Below are positions 8,978 to 19,466 of a DNA stretch of 64,000 bases, one piece after another (the stretch's first letter is position 1; the number at the start of each line of letters is the position of its first letter). The notes below the pieces were generated by a model. The model was given only the letters and a program-made list of their open reading frames with translations, searched no databases and had not been told where the DNA came from. The position numbers and the translations under genes are program-made. This stretch comes from Euryarchaeota archaeon UBA89. GTDB lineage: Archaea > Thermoplasmatota > Poseidoniia > Poseidoniales > Thalassarchaeaceae. The stretch spans positions 19,103-83,102 of the forward strand of contig DAFS01000037.1 in the NCBI GenBank assembly GCA_002495525.1, read 5' to 3'.

Positions 8978-11900
8978 CTACAAAGAAATTCTATTATCAC
9001 AAATAGGGCATTTAATCATTTTAAGTCCCATTGATACTTCAAATCTCGATGAACACTCAGGGCATAAAATTTGTCTATTAATTTCTGGTATTTCTGCCAC
9101 TCCTGAAGGTGGCAAAGGTATTGCTTGTAGTGGTACAGATAATTCTTGTTGTTTCTCCTCAAATCCGATTTTCATTCCTCTTACATTAGAATTCTTCCGA
9201 CTTTCCCTTCTTTGTTTCCTAGTATTCGTTTCCTCAATATCCTCATCTATCAATTCAATCTCTGAAGACTTAATTTCGATATCTGTTGAATCTACAATAT
9301 CAACTACATTTTCTTCTAAGACAATGTTTCCGGTTGCAACCCTTCTTCTTTTTCTACCAACCCACTTTAATGCACTTAATGACATTGTAGATAGTACTAA
9401 CAGACATATTAGTAAGACCGTTATTGAGATTCCAGCCATTAGTATTCCAAAATTTTGCTCATCAAGACCTAAGTATATTCTCATCTCATCAAGTAAATTT
9501 AAGTCACCTCTATCGGGGTCATTATCATCTATTAAAGATCTTATTTCCCATCCATCTATTTCATTCCAACTCAGAATAATAGATTGATCACTCAATGGGC
9601 TCCTATCCACGGAAGAAAGATGATTTTTTCCTGTTGTAATCCTATCGGACAGTCCAATCCATTCTTCATCATGAATTGGATTCATCAGCCCATATTGTAT
9701 CTGACTGCCTGTCGGGCCGACAAAGTCATAAAAAATCTGTATACCTAAGTGGGTTTCAGTCATTTGAATATTACCAATTCCTTTAGATGGTATTTCTACA
9801 CTGAGATTTTCTAAAGCCGTCATGGTCGAATCAGTAACTTTTGCAACTAATTTTGATTCTGCATCTGAGCCTTCTTTCCAAACCGAATAGATATAATCGC
9901 TACCATCATACGTAATTACTGACATCTTTTGCATGCCTGCTTCATCTCCAATAGCCTTCCTATAAGTCCAAGAAGTTTGGTCACTGGAACCATGTGCATA
10001 CCACAATCCTATTCTTTCGTCACCAGTGATATCGTCTCTATTTGATTGGTATAGTACGTGAGTATATTCTCCCCCTAGTTCTACAGTTACTGGGTCAGAA
10101 TCATACATACTAAGTTCTATTTCGTCAATAACATTTGGTGTGAGTTCCCAGTCGCTAGCTAATTTAGGGTAATCCGATGTTAATAAGAACACACTGGTTA
10201 GGTCCTTGAAAGTCCCTCCTGTTGAAATATCTCTATGATAACCTCCAATAATTATGTCAGTTCCTCTGACATCCATGTCGATACCAAAATATTTCCCATC
10301 TGATAACGATATAGGTTGCATTAAGTCTTGAACAGGGCTCATTTCACACGTAGCGTCAATTCTCGAGTAACTTATTGTTTGTTTGAAGTAACCCTGATTG
10401 TCAATATATCTCCTAGTCCAAGAAATATGAGCGTATCCATCACTTGTACTCCAAGAAGTCAAATCTCCCGACCATTTCACTTCAAGCATATTAGAACAAG
10501 GTACTAGTGCAAGATTTTCATTTAAGCGATATAGAGCCAAACCTCCTTCTTTGCTAGTAATAACTAAACCTTCTCCATTTAGATCTATGACTCTCACTGG
10601 TTCTTCCCCATAATCGAATATTAAATCACGAGGGGCTTTCAATGATGACTGATCTACAAGAATTGTAGAAGTAATTTCATTGTTACTCATGTCTAAATCA
10701 CTTTCTCCTTGAACTGTAATTTTTATTTCCAGAGGTCCCACTTCTGGATGAATATATGCAAATGCAATTTGACTTGCACCTTGCCCCACCACAAGGGAAA
10801 TAGTGGTTGTAGAAACTTCCATCCAACCAAGATCATTTTTCAGCCAAAGAGTCGCATCTACAGACATTGCATTAGTTGAACCTAAGTTATCAACTCTACC
10901 GGTAATTAGGAATTGTTCCTGAGGTCTTGGTATTGATGGTTCTGTCTTTACCGCTCCATCTCTGAAAGCTAAATCAATACCTTGTGGTCTTTGTAGAACC
11001 GGGAATGAAATTGATATGTCATTATCCGATTCATTATTTTCTTGTATCTCATCATCAGGGTCTAAAGAAACTGTTAATTGTTTATCCCCTACTGTAGATG
11101 GGTTCCATGATAGTGAAATTTCTATTATGTCTCCACTTTCTAAACTTTGTATGATTATCTCATCTTTTCTAAATCCATCCTCCAAAAGATAAATCCTCAA
11201 TTCATCTGCTGAAATGTCACCTATATTTCGTATCTGAACTTTTGCTTCTAAAAATGTATTTACATATGTCTCACTAACTGGTATTCCATATTCTTGAACT
11301 GAGATTCCAGTTCTAAACATCAAGTCGGGAGAAGGAGGATTATTGTCAATTTCAACTGTAATTCTAATTTCTTCAGATGCTACACCTACTCCACTAACAA
11401 ACCTGACAGAGAACCTTTGTATCCCATCATCAGTATTCTCAGTATCCCACGGTATTGACCATTGTATTTCTTCTGCTCCTGAACCTGAATAATAAGTCAT
11501 ATTTTTCCATTCATCAGTCCCTAGCCTCCACTGTAGTTGAGCACCATTAACGGTTTCCAATAACCCACTAATTTCAACGTCCCCACTCACAAGATCTTGG
11601 TTGCTAGGCGAATCTACTTCTAGAGATATTATTCCTAAATTATGAGTATTTTTTGTCGTATTACTCCATTGTTCGAACTCATTTCTAGATTTTACCTCAA
11701 TTTGGAGAGTTTCTGCATCTACATCAACATCTTCTTCAAAATTTGGAATATCAAAATTTGTAGTCCAATTAATTGTTCCAAGTGCCTGATGCCAATCAAC
11801 TAGGACACCTGTTGAGAGAGGCCCTCCTCCAGTTGGTCTGTACTTGTATGTGACTCGAACTTGAATTTCTTCAGTAGTCCCATTCTCTTCTCCAGCTTCA

Positions 11901-13810
11901 TTAATATGTCCTCTGACACTGTAACTTTGACCTTCAATTAACCATAAACCACTTGGTTTTTCTATTACTGCCCAGTTTCCTGTTCCTTCACCAACTGGGG
12001 GGTCACCTCCTCCAGTTCCATTTCCGGGGTCACCTCCTCCATTCCCTCCACCTGTATCATCTCCTAACATAGCCTGAAGAATTAGATTTCCATCGATTAT
12101 TCCAAATCCATAATCTTCATTCCATATATCTGAAACAGACGGCATTGAGGCGGTCCCTCTAACTTCCGAATTATTTCTCAATAAATCCTTAACTTCCTGA
12201 GGTTCTAATTCATCATCTATTTGTAAAATTATTGCAACTAATCCTGCAACTGCCGGTGTTGACATGCTGGTGCCATCCATCGATACATAGCCATCATCCG
12301 CGAGAGATGACGAATCTTGCCCTGGGATAGTTGAACTTGACGTGGCATGTTGTGCTGACGTAATACCTGAACCCGGTGCAACTACATCGGGTTTCAATTC
12401 ATCCCATTTATTTTCATCATTATCGTCTACTCTAGGTCCTGAATTTGAGTAATCTGCAATATCATCATCATTTCTTTGAATTGTATTTTTGTCATCTATT
12501 GCCCCAACAGTAATCGAAGAATCAGCGGCACCTACCGAAGTGACTCTATTGCTTCCATCATTCCCTATTGCAGCAATAGGTACAATTCCTGCTTCGGCGC
12601 AATTATTAACAAGTCTAGCTGCAGAATTATTCCCATCATCTCCTTGATCATTTTCGCCAACTGGTGAGCTTCCGCTCCCAAATGACATGGTCATTACATC
12701 GATACCTTCGCTTGAATCATTATTCCCCCAATCCGTATTTACATTTTGTAAGACCCATTGCAATCCTTTGATTATAGGTCCCTCATCTCCGCCTGCACTT
12801 CCTCCTGAATCAGTCATTACTTTTACGTCAACAAGATAGGAACCCGGCGCATAGCCTTGGTTTACTCTTCTAGAATCTCCAGTACCTAGAGCAATTCCAG
12901 CAACATGAGTTCCATGACCGTTCCCGTCATCTGGATCGAATTCACCATCATTACATTCTTGAGAGTTCCAAGATGTTGCATCGCAACCTGCTAACCATTT
13001 TGGATCTGAGAGGTCATCTGGTTGTTTCTCATTATCATTATTATTATCTGAAAAATCATCTAAAGAAAAATGCTCATTATCTACTCCTGAGTCTAAAACT
13101 GCGATAACCACTCCTGACCCATCATATCCAAAATCTCTCAATGTTTCATCATACACCTCAGATGTCTGGACTTTAGACCCTCTAGTTGCCACGCTCAGAT
13201 AAGAGACAATTTTATCCTGTTCTTCTATCATTACAACTCCATCTTGCTGCCATATTTCTATCAATGAACTAACTGGGACATGATCAATTACTACAGAATC
13301 AATATATTCTACAGGGAAAAACCAAGAACCTTCTTCTTCCCATCCATGATTAACTAAAATTTCTTTCAGTTTTTGTAGATCGGTTTCACCGGGGTGCCAT
13401 GAGTATCCTACAATTATCGCAGTGGTCATTCGTCCATCATTTCCTAGAATCGCAGTTGCAGAATGAGATTCTTTTCCACCTGCAATCATATATTGTAGGC
13501 TATCTTCCATTCCATTACTATCCCTATCAGTATTGAAATTCATCCACCAGTACGGTTCTTCAACTGCGGGACTCGCATCCCAAGGGGGAAATCCAATCCC
13601 AAGAAATTTTTCGGGACATATCTCATTATGACAAATTAATGCAGGGATTCCATCATCTATTACTTGTAACAAACCTTCATTATCCTCGTCAAGGTGCTGA
13701 TTATAGTTCTCTTCCGAAGGTACAATTGCAGAAACTCCTACTGATAAATCTAGTACTAACATCAGTATTACAACTAACATAGGCCCTACTGTTTTCGATG
13801 CTCCTGCCAT
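8978..13810 (-). CDS. Membrane-anchored S8 (subtilisin-like) serine protease with CARDB/Ig-like domains and C-terminal Zn ribbon
   Basis: Catalytic triad VLDSG, HGTHVAG, GTSMSTP; KPDVVAPG; CARDB-like repeats (DL...V.N.G...D..N.I.E.NESDN); TM followed by RKRRR; CPEC...CPIC tail. Confidence 0.92.
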   Translation of the reverse strand: MAGASKTVGPMLVVILMLVLDLSVGVSAIVPSEENYNQHLDEDNEGLLQVIDDGIPALICHNEICPEKFLGIGFPPWDASPAVEEPYWWMNFNTDRDSNGMEDSLQYMIAGGKESHSATAILGNDGRMTTAIIVGYSWHPGETDLQKLKEILVNHGWEEEGSWFFPVEYIDSVVIDHVPVSSLIEIWQQDGVVMIEEQDKIVSYLSVATRGSKVQTSEVYDETLRDFGYDGSGVVIAVLDSGVDNEHFSLDDFSDNNNDNEKQPDDLSDPKWLAGCDATSWNSQECNDGEFDPDDGNGHGTHVAGIALGTGDSRRVNQGYAPGSYLVDVKVMTDSGGSAGGDEGPIIKGLQWVLQNVNTDWGNNDSSEGIDVMTMSFGSGSSPVGENDQGDDGNNSAARLVNNCAEAGIVPIAAIGNDGSNRVTSVGAADSSITVGAIDDKNTIQRNDDDIADYSNSGPRVDDNDENKWDELKPDVVAPGSGITSAQHATSSSTIPGQDSSSLADDGYVSMDGTSMSTPAVAGLVAIILQIDDELEPQEVKDLLRNNSEVRGTASMPSVSDIWNEDYGFGIIDGNLILQAMLGDDTGGGNGGGDPGNGTGGGDPPVGEGTGNWAVIEKPSGLWLIEGQSYSVRGHINEAGEENGTTEEIQVRVTYKYRPTGGGPLSTGVLVDWHQALGTINWTTNFDIPNFEEDVDVDAETLQIEVKSRNEFEQWSNTTKNTHNLGIISLEVDSPSNQDLVSGDVEISGLLETVNGAQLQWRLGTDEWKNMTYYSGSGAEEIQWSIPWDTENTDDGIQRFSVRFVSGVGVASEEIRITVEIDNNPPSPDLMFRTGISVQEYGIPVSETYVNTFLEAKVQIRNIGDISADELRIYLLEDGFRKDEIIIQSLESGDIIEISLSWNPSTVGDKQLTVSLDPDDEIQENNESDNDISISFPVLQRPQGIDLAFRDGAVKTEPSIPRPQEQFLITGRVDNLGSTNAMSVDATLWLKNDLGWMEVSTTTISLVVGQGASQIAFAYIHPEVGPLEIKITVQGESDLDMSNNEITSTILVDQSSLKAPRDLIFDYGEEPVRVIDLNGEGLVITSKEGGLALYRLNENLALVPCSNMLEVKWSGDLTSWSTSDGYAHISWTRRYIDNQGYFKQTISYSRIDATCEMSPVQDLMQPISLSDGKYFGIDMDVRGTDIIIGGYHRDISTGGTFKDLTSVFLLTSDYPKLASDWELTPNVIDEIELSMYDSDPVTVELGGEYTHVLYQSNRDDITGDERIGLWYAHGSSDQTSWTYRKAIGDEAGMQKMSVITYDGSDYIYSVWKEGSDAESKLVAKVTDSTMTALENLSVEIPSKGIGNIQMTETHLGIQIFYDFVGPTGSQIQYGLMNPIHDEEWIGLSDRITTGKNHLSSVDRSPLSDQSIILSWNEIDGWEIRSLIDDNDPDRGDLNLLDEMRIYLGLDEQNFGILMAGISITVLLICLLVLSTMSLSALKWVGRKRRRVATGNIVLEENVVDIVDSTDIEIKSSEIELIDEDIEETNTRKQRRESRKNSNVRGMKIGFEEKQQELSVPLQAIPLPPSGVAEIPEINRQILCPECSSRFEVSMGLKMIKCPICDNRISL

Positions 13811-13878
13811 GGCTCTCTTAGAGAGCCAGCATAGGTAGAGGTATAATTTGAACCGATAATTAATTCATTTTTATTGAA

Positions 13879-14919
13879 TTATGGCCAGAAAAGATGTTCT
13901 TTATTCAAGGAACAAATCAGGCTGTAATTTTCATCTTTCTCGAACAACTTCACTTCTCCATTACAAATTGGGCATATTGTATTCTCCGCAAGCTCTTCAA
14001 GCCATGCCTGTCTTGTTTCTAACTCGTCACCCTGTTCTTTAAGATTCTCCAGAATTCTTTTTGCATTTCCCTCTAGAGGTTTTCCTTCATTATCCCATGG
14101 ATCCTCATCTAATATACCTAGATTTCTTTTTGCAACGATTCTCTTTGCTTCAACGATATTTACGGCTTTGTTTTGAGTACTTTCAGAATTTAATGGGCTG
14201 GGGCCCCCTTTTGCTATAATTCTCGCAAATAAAAATGTCATAAAAAACCCTCCTATATGAGCCATATGAGCGATATTGGTATCCCCTGAAGTCCCTTCTT
14301 GGATTACATAAATTTGATAAATTTCCAACCCCAATCTTACAAAAACAATAATCCATACAGGCCATGCCCTAATTAAGAATAATAGTGGAAATTCTATTTC
14401 ATCATTTGGCCAACATGCCATGTAAGCTCCCAGTAATCCAAACGCTGCGCCACTAGCACCTATTGCAGGATTTATTGAATCCGGATGTGAAGCAACCCAT
14501 GCTAAATTACCTCCTAAGAATCCCAGTATGTAAACAAGCATCCATCTTTTACTACCTAACCTTTGTTCTAAAGGCACCCCCACAAGTCCAATTACCAGAA
14601 TATTAGATAGTACATGTAACCAATCTGCATGTAGCCAGGCAGAAGTGAAAAAACGATGTATCTGTAGGGGTTCATCCGCTAAAAATGGGTATAAGGAGAG
14701 AAAATGTATCTCATTAAAATCTAGTTCCAACATAGAAAAAGTGAATCTAACAAACATTACTAGGAGTAGTGAAAGAACCATGGCTAAAGCTATACTTGTT
14801 TTTTCTCTTATTGAATTGATAAAAGGAATTATTGAAACTATAATATATATTGAAAGAAGTACGAAATCACTATTTTCTAATTGTGACCAGTATAAATCAT
14901 ACTCCGCAGAGGTAATCAC
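13879..14919 (-). CDS. Rhomboid intramembrane serine protease with C-terminal Zn-finger-like tail
   Basis: HxxWxHxxxN, GASGA catalytic Ser, HMAHIGG catalytic His; CPIC...C...H tail. Confidence 0.9.
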   Translation of the reverse strand: MITSAEYDLYWSQLENSDFVLLSIYIIVSIIPFINSIREKTSIALAMVLSLLLVMFVRFTFSMLELDFNEIHFLSLYPFLADEPLQIHRFFTSAWLHADWLHVLSNILVIGLVGVPLEQRLGSKRWMLVYILGFLGGNLAWVASHPDSINPAIGASGAAFGLLGAYMACWPNDEIEFPLLFLIRAWPVWIIVFVRLGLEIYQIYVIQEGTSGDTNIAHMAHIGGFFMTFLFARIIAKGGPSPLNSESTQNKAVNIVEAKRIVAKRNLGILDEDPWDNEGKPLEGNAKRILENLKEQGDELETRQAWLEELAENTICPICNGEVKLFEKDENYSLICSLNKEHLFWP

Positions 14920-14981
14920 AAACTATACCCGGCCGTATTGTAGCAATAGCGCCTTCGATACTTTGTCGAACGACTCAAACG

Positions 14982-16415
14982 GTGAACCACCCTCGCAAGT
15001 ACATGGAAGTTCAGACCCTAATTCAGATTTCGGGTCTTGAAATTCATAGAGGGAACCGTCTCATAATCTCAGATTTCGATTTTGAATTATCCGAAGGAGA
15101 GGTGGTTACTTTAGTTGGTCCAAATGGTTGTGGTAAAACTACTTTACTCGAATCTAGCGCAGGTATGCATACAATCTCTTCTGGCTCAATTTATTGGAGA
15201 GATGACTTATCGGGGATGAAACTAGTAAGAGATTCAGATGGTAGGAGAAATCCTTTACCTCCAATGGGTTTAACTTTACAAAAAAATGGAATATCTGGCG
15301 AAGAAACAGTCCAAGAAAGGATGAAAACTGTTCTTACAGTTTCTGGATGTGATTTCGATGATATAAAAGTCCAAGAATTACTCGATTGTTGGGGTCTTAA
15401 ACACAGAAGTTCCGATAGAGTTTCTCAATTGTCTGGAGGGCTGGCTAGAAGACTCTCGGTACTTTCAGGACTTGCACCGGCTTTATTATCCAAAAAATCT
15501 CGAGTCGTACTACTCGACGAACCCTCAGAGGGATTAGATAAATCAGCTAAATTACTTTTGATTAATTGGTTGAGAGCTTTAATATCAAGAGGGCATGGAA
15601 TAATTGTAGCAACACATGATTCTGATTTAATTTCGATAGCTGATAGAATACTCAAATTTAGTAATGGAAAAGAAGTAAATCTTAGTTCTCAACCACAGCC
15701 AGAATCTAACTTCATAATTCCTAATTCTACAAATAATGTTCCAATTAAAAAAGTTTCTAGTCTATTTAATTGGGCTTACAGGATGGAAAAAAGAAACCCA
15801 ATCGATACCATTAATCGCCTAATCCCTGCTATTCTTGCACTATTACTATCTCATGCTTTGGTATCCGAAGATGAAATATCTATCGTAGGTACCGATTTTT
15901 TTTCTGCATTGATTCTACTCCCTTCATTTATTTCCGTAGTAATCCCTCCTGCTCTGATTAGTAGATATGCAGAAGAAAATTGTGGACGATGGTGGTCAGC
16001 AGTAATAGGTCCTAAATTCCGTCTTTCATCATCAATTATTGGTTCTTCGATTTTACTTCCAATCCCCTTAATTTATCTTTCATGGTTTATTCTGAGCGAT
16101 AATTTAGCAAGTGTCGATGATTCAGTAGTCTATTGGTTATGGTTACCTTGCTTAGTAATGTACTTTGTTGCAATTGCTGCCTCATCATTACATTTGTTGG
16201 TTTCTGACTTGAGGAGATCTGGAGCATCTGTTGTATCTTTACTACTGTTAGTTCTCGTTTGGCCATTTATTGAATTAGTTGATTCTCTTGAGATGATTAT
16301 TCTCAATGGTATGAGTTGGGGATTTTCATTGGAAGAACCAATTTTTATGATGTTTTTGGCTGGTACAATTAGTTTATTGGTGTGGATTGTTTCTGTATAT
16401 CTTCCGGAAGCATGA
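14982..16415 (+). CDS. ABC ATPase-permease fusion, CcmA-CcmB-like heme export protein
   Basis: GPNGCGKT, LSGG, LLDEP, ATH in the N-half; about six TM helices in the C-half; directly upstream of ccmC. Confidence 0.7.
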   Translation: MNHPRKYMEVQTLIQISGLEIHRGNRLIISDFDFELSEGEVVTLVGPNGCGKTTLLESSAGMHTISSGSIYWRDDLSGMKLVRDSDGRRNPLPPMGLTLQKNGISGEETVQERMKTVLTVSGCDFDDIKVQELLDCWGLKHRSSDRVSQLSGGLARRLSVLSGLAPALLSKKSRVVLLDEPSEGLDKSAKLLLINWLRALISRGHGIIVATHDSDLISIADRILKFSNGKEVNLSSQPQPESNFIIPNSTNNVPIKKVSSLFNWAYRMEKRNPIDTINRLIPAILALLLSHALVSEDEISIVGTDFFSALILLPSFISVVIPPALISRYAEENCGRWWSAVIGPKFRLSSSIIGSSILLPIPLIYLSWFILSDNLASVDDSVVYWLWLPCLVMYFVAIAASSLHLLVSDLRRSGASVVSLLLLVLVWPFIELVDSLEMIILNGMSWGFSLEEPIFMMFLAGTISLLVWIVSVYLPEA

Positions 16416-17167
16416 AAACGAGCATTCATCATATAGTGACCTCTCCCAAGTTTGTGTCCTCAATGAAATACTATGGTTGGGGATTAACATGCATAGGCGG
16501 AGCAGGTGTTTTACTAACTGCAATAATGGGTTATACATATGCGCCCTTAGTGCAATCTCCGCCATTTAGATCTCCGGAGGCCTATCGAATACTTTTCTGG
16601 CACGTGCCTTTTGCTTGGACATCTTTTCTATCATTTTGTCTATTATTTATTGGAGCAATTTCTTGGTTTTTGAAGAGAAAAGAATGGGGCTGGAATTTGT
16701 TTTGTACAGGCTCTGATCTGGGTCTCCTGTTTGGATTGGGAGTAGTCATTTCTGGCCCAATATGGGGTTCAGCAGAATGGGGGGTGCCATGGGATTGGGG
16801 AGATCTGAGATTGAATACATTCGGTTTACTTACTGCTGTTGCATTATTCATCGTTCTATCTAGAAAAGCACAACCTGACGGAATCGAAACTAGAGACACT
16901 CTTTCCACAGTAGGATTGTTCGGCTTTGCCTTGGTACCTATTACGGCTGTAGCAACTACCGTTTATCAGAAAAGGCATCCTTCTGTCGTAATCGCAGAAT
17001 CCAGTGAAACAGGATTAGACCCAAAAATGCTCGAAGTTCTAATTTTGGGTGTAATATCTTTCTGGATATTAATGGCTGGGCTATCTCTTCTAACTTACAT
17101 CTCATATAAAATGGAATATGAGTTAAGAAAATTATTAGATAAAATAGATGAAGAGGTGGTCCATTGA
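16412..17167 (+). CDS. ccmC: Heme exporter CcmC (WWD-domain protein)
   Basis: YRIxxWHVP, G.IWG...WG.PW.W.D.RL (WWD domain), second His in HP. ATGA overlap with the upstream stop. Confidence 0.88.
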   Translation: MKTSIHHIVTSPKFVSSMKYYGWGLTCIGGAGVLLTAIMGYTYAPLVQSPPFRSPEAYRILFWHVPFAWTSFLSFCLLFIGAISWFLKRKEWGWNLFCTGSDLGLLFGLGVVISGPIWGSAEWGVPWDWGDLRLNTFGLLTAVALFIVLSRKAQPDGIETRDTLSTVGLFGFALVPITAVATTVYQKRHPSVVIAESSETGLDPKMLEVLILGVISFWILMAGLSLLTYISYKMEYELRKLLDKIDEEVVH

Positions 17168-17316
17168 ACGGTTTTACCTCTTATCTAGTTACTTACTCAA
17201 TCTTAGGATTTTTATTGAGTTATTATATCGTTTACATGGGCAGGAAATTAGATCATCTTAGAATAAGAATTAGAGAGTGTAAATTGTCATTAGAGGATAA
17301 TATCTCTGAAAATTAA
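17164..17316 (+). CDS. CcmD-like small membrane protein (50 aa)
   Basis: Hand translation from TTG (overlaps ccmC stop, GAGGTG SD upstream): MNGFTSYLVTYSILGFLLSYYIVYMGRKLDHLRIRIRECKLSLEDNISEN*. Tyr-rich N-terminal TM plus charged helix; position after ccmC. Not in ORF track. Confidence 0.65.
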   Translation: MNGFTSYLVTYSILGFLLSYYIVYMGRKLDHLRIRIRECKLSLEDNISEN

Positions 17317-17361
17317 TTTTTCTCTCACGAATCATTCTAATGTACTACGCTTTCGCAAGGT

Positions 17362-18429
17362 ATGAGCCATATGTCCAAAGATGTATTTTGCATTGTTTGT
17401 GGAGATTCTTCCAAACTTTCTTCCAATCGTCTTTGTGAATCATGTTTCCGTAAGCGTGTAACATTATCAAAAGTCCCTAATACAATACAACAATTTCGCT
17501 GCCCAAAGTGTGAATCATACGAAATCAGAGGTCGTTGGTCCAAGATGGAACAAGAATCGTTGGCGGATTTGAGGATTCGCGATAATTTAGAATTAGATGA
17601 AAGAGCCGAAGATGTGAATATTGGATTCGCATTACAGATTATTGATGATAGAACTAACCGAATTCATCTTGATGTTTCTGGAATGATAGATAATTTTTCT
17701 TTTGAAGATAGCTTCGAGATTTTGTTACAAACTAGTAATGCAATTTGTACTCCTTGTACTAGAAAAGATGGTGCGTATTTTGAGGCTATTGTTCAACTCC
17801 GTTCAGCAGGAAGGAAACTGTCTGAGAAAGAACTCAAGGAATTAAGGGATACTTTAGATGAAATGTTAGGTGGAATGGAGGCAGATCCAATGTTTTTCAT
17901 TACTAAAGAAGGCATTGTAACTGGAGGTTGGGATTTACAACTTGGATCTAAGTCCATGGCTAGGAATTGGGCTCGTATTTTAACAAAGAAGTTTGGAGGT
18001 ACTGTTAAAGAAACATCTACTGTTGTAGGAATGAGAGATGGTATTGAGATTACAAGACTAACAGTCAGCTATCGAAAACCTGCTTATGATGTTGGAGATG
18101 TGGTGAAATTAAATAACGATTTATGGATGATTGATTCCTGGCAGAAAGATGGCCCTATAATCCGTCGATTGAAATTCTTTCATCGAACTGGGGCATCTTG
18201 GAGAGATATGGAAAAGGCTAGAATAATTTGTTCTCGCTCAGAACAATTTATTGTAGATATTTTTAATCGTGATAGTTCTGCTGCAGAGATAATGACTCCT
18301 CATGATTATACTATGGCAACTGTTGCTTTACCCTATGATGATGATAAAAAATCAACAAAACTACGTATTGGGTTCATAGAAGATATGTGGGTAGCGTTAC
18401 CTGGGTTTGTTGGCGAGGTGGATTTATGA
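17362..18429 (+). CDS. NMD3-family ribosome-associated protein
   Basis: CxxCG...LCxxC, CPKC, CxxC...YFEAIVQLR, G.DLQLGS, GG...E motifs. Confidence 0.88.
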   Translation: MSHMSKDVFCIVCGDSSKLSSNRLCESCFRKRVTLSKVPNTIQQFRCPKCESYEIRGRWSKMEQESLADLRIRDNLELDERAEDVNIGFALQIIDDRTNRIHLDVSGMIDNFSFEDSFEILLQTSNAICTPCTRKDGAYFEAIVQLRSAGRKLSEKELKELRDTLDEMLGGMEADPMFFITKEGIVTGGWDLQLGSKSMARNWARILTKKFGGTVKETSTVVGMRDGIEITRLTVSYRKPAYDVGDVVKLNNDLWMIDSWQKDGPIIRRLKFFHRTGASWRDMEKARIICSRSEQFIVDIFNRDSSAAEIMTPHDYTMATVALPYDDDKKSTKLRIGFIEDMWVALPGFVGEVDL

Positions 18430-19466
18430 AAAAGAAAGATATTGAGGGACTTGCCAGAGAATTAGATTCACAGGATATGGTTGGATATACTAGAAATTTC
18501 ATGGATGATTTTGAATCGGCAATCTCTGAGGTAATTGATATTGATGTAGATAAAGATTGGTCAGGAGTTCTTTGTTTAGGAATGGGTGGCTCTGGTGCAG
18601 GCGGAATGTTTCTTTCAACTTTAGCTGACTATTCGGGAGGGATTCCCTTTGTAGTATGGAGAGATTATGGCCTACCCTCCTGGTGGGGTCCTGATTGGTT
18701 GGTTTTAGCAACATCTTATTCAGGAAATACAGAGGAAACAATTGATGGTGTCCATGAAGCCTTGCAATCTGGAGGAACAGTAATTGGGATTTCATCAGGT
18801 GGTGAACTAGAGAAGTTAATTTCTGAAAGTGATGGATCATTATTCCTTCCTGTTCCAGGAGGTCAAATGCCTAGGTCAGCATTTGGACATTTGTTTGGAA
18901 GACAATTATCAGTATGTTGGTCTTTAGGAATAATCGAGAAACCAGATGATAAAGAGACTTCGGAAATGATTGAACGTCTCCGTTCATCTTCTAATGATTT
19001 CGACATAAGTGGCGGCAACGGGCTGGTCGTTTCTGTAGCAGAATCAATGCTAAATAGACAAATTGGAATTATCGCACCTACTATTTTGATTTCTGTAGCA
19101 AATCGTTTTGCAAATCAGTTAAATGAAAATTCTGAGGTATTTGCACGCCCTTCTGAGTTACCTGAGATGAATCATAATGAGATAGTTGCATGGTCTTCTG
19201 CTAATGAAAATGAACACTCTCTAATTTATTTCTCTTGTGGAAATATTCACCCTAGAATCAATTCAAGGATGGACTGGATGCTAGAAAATATCGATAACGA
19301 TAGTTCTTGGATAATTGACTGTGAGGGGCAGAGTCTTCTCGAAAGTTTACTCTACGCTTCACATATTTCTGATTGGATAAGTATTTGTTTAGCATTGTTG
19401 CAAGGAGTTGATCCTTCTGAGATGAGTTCTATAGTGAATCTTAAATCTCATCTTTCTAAAGTTTAA
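18426..19466 (+). CDS. Bifunctional phosphoglucose/phosphomannose isomerase (SIS domain)
   Basis: GMGGSG, SYSGNTEET, SGG.L, PRSA, Q.NEN, PEMNHNEI, GVDP. Start ATG 18426 with GAGGTG SD. Confidence 0.88.
   Translation: MKKKDIEGLARELDSQDMVGYTRNFMDDFESAISEVIDIDVDKDWSGVLCLGMGGSGAGGMFLSTLADYSGGIPFVVWRDYGLPSWWGPDWLVLATSYSGNTEETIDGVHEALQSGGTVIGISSGGELEKLISESDGSLFLPVPGGQMPRSAFGHLFGRQLSVCWSLGIIEKPDDKETSEMIERLRSSSNDFDISGGNGLVVSVAESMLNRQIGIIAPTILISVANRFANQLNENSEVFARPSELPEMNHNEIVAWSSANENEHSLIYFSCGNIHPRINSRMDWMLENIDNDSSWIIDCEGQSLLESLLYASHISDWISICLALLQGVDPSEMSSIVNLKSHLSKV

Noticed and set aside
11990..12065. G/C-rich local repeat (GGGTCACCTCCTCCA twice)
   Set aside because: Encodes a Gly-rich GGGDP linker after the S8 catalytic domain; not a regulatory or mobile feature.
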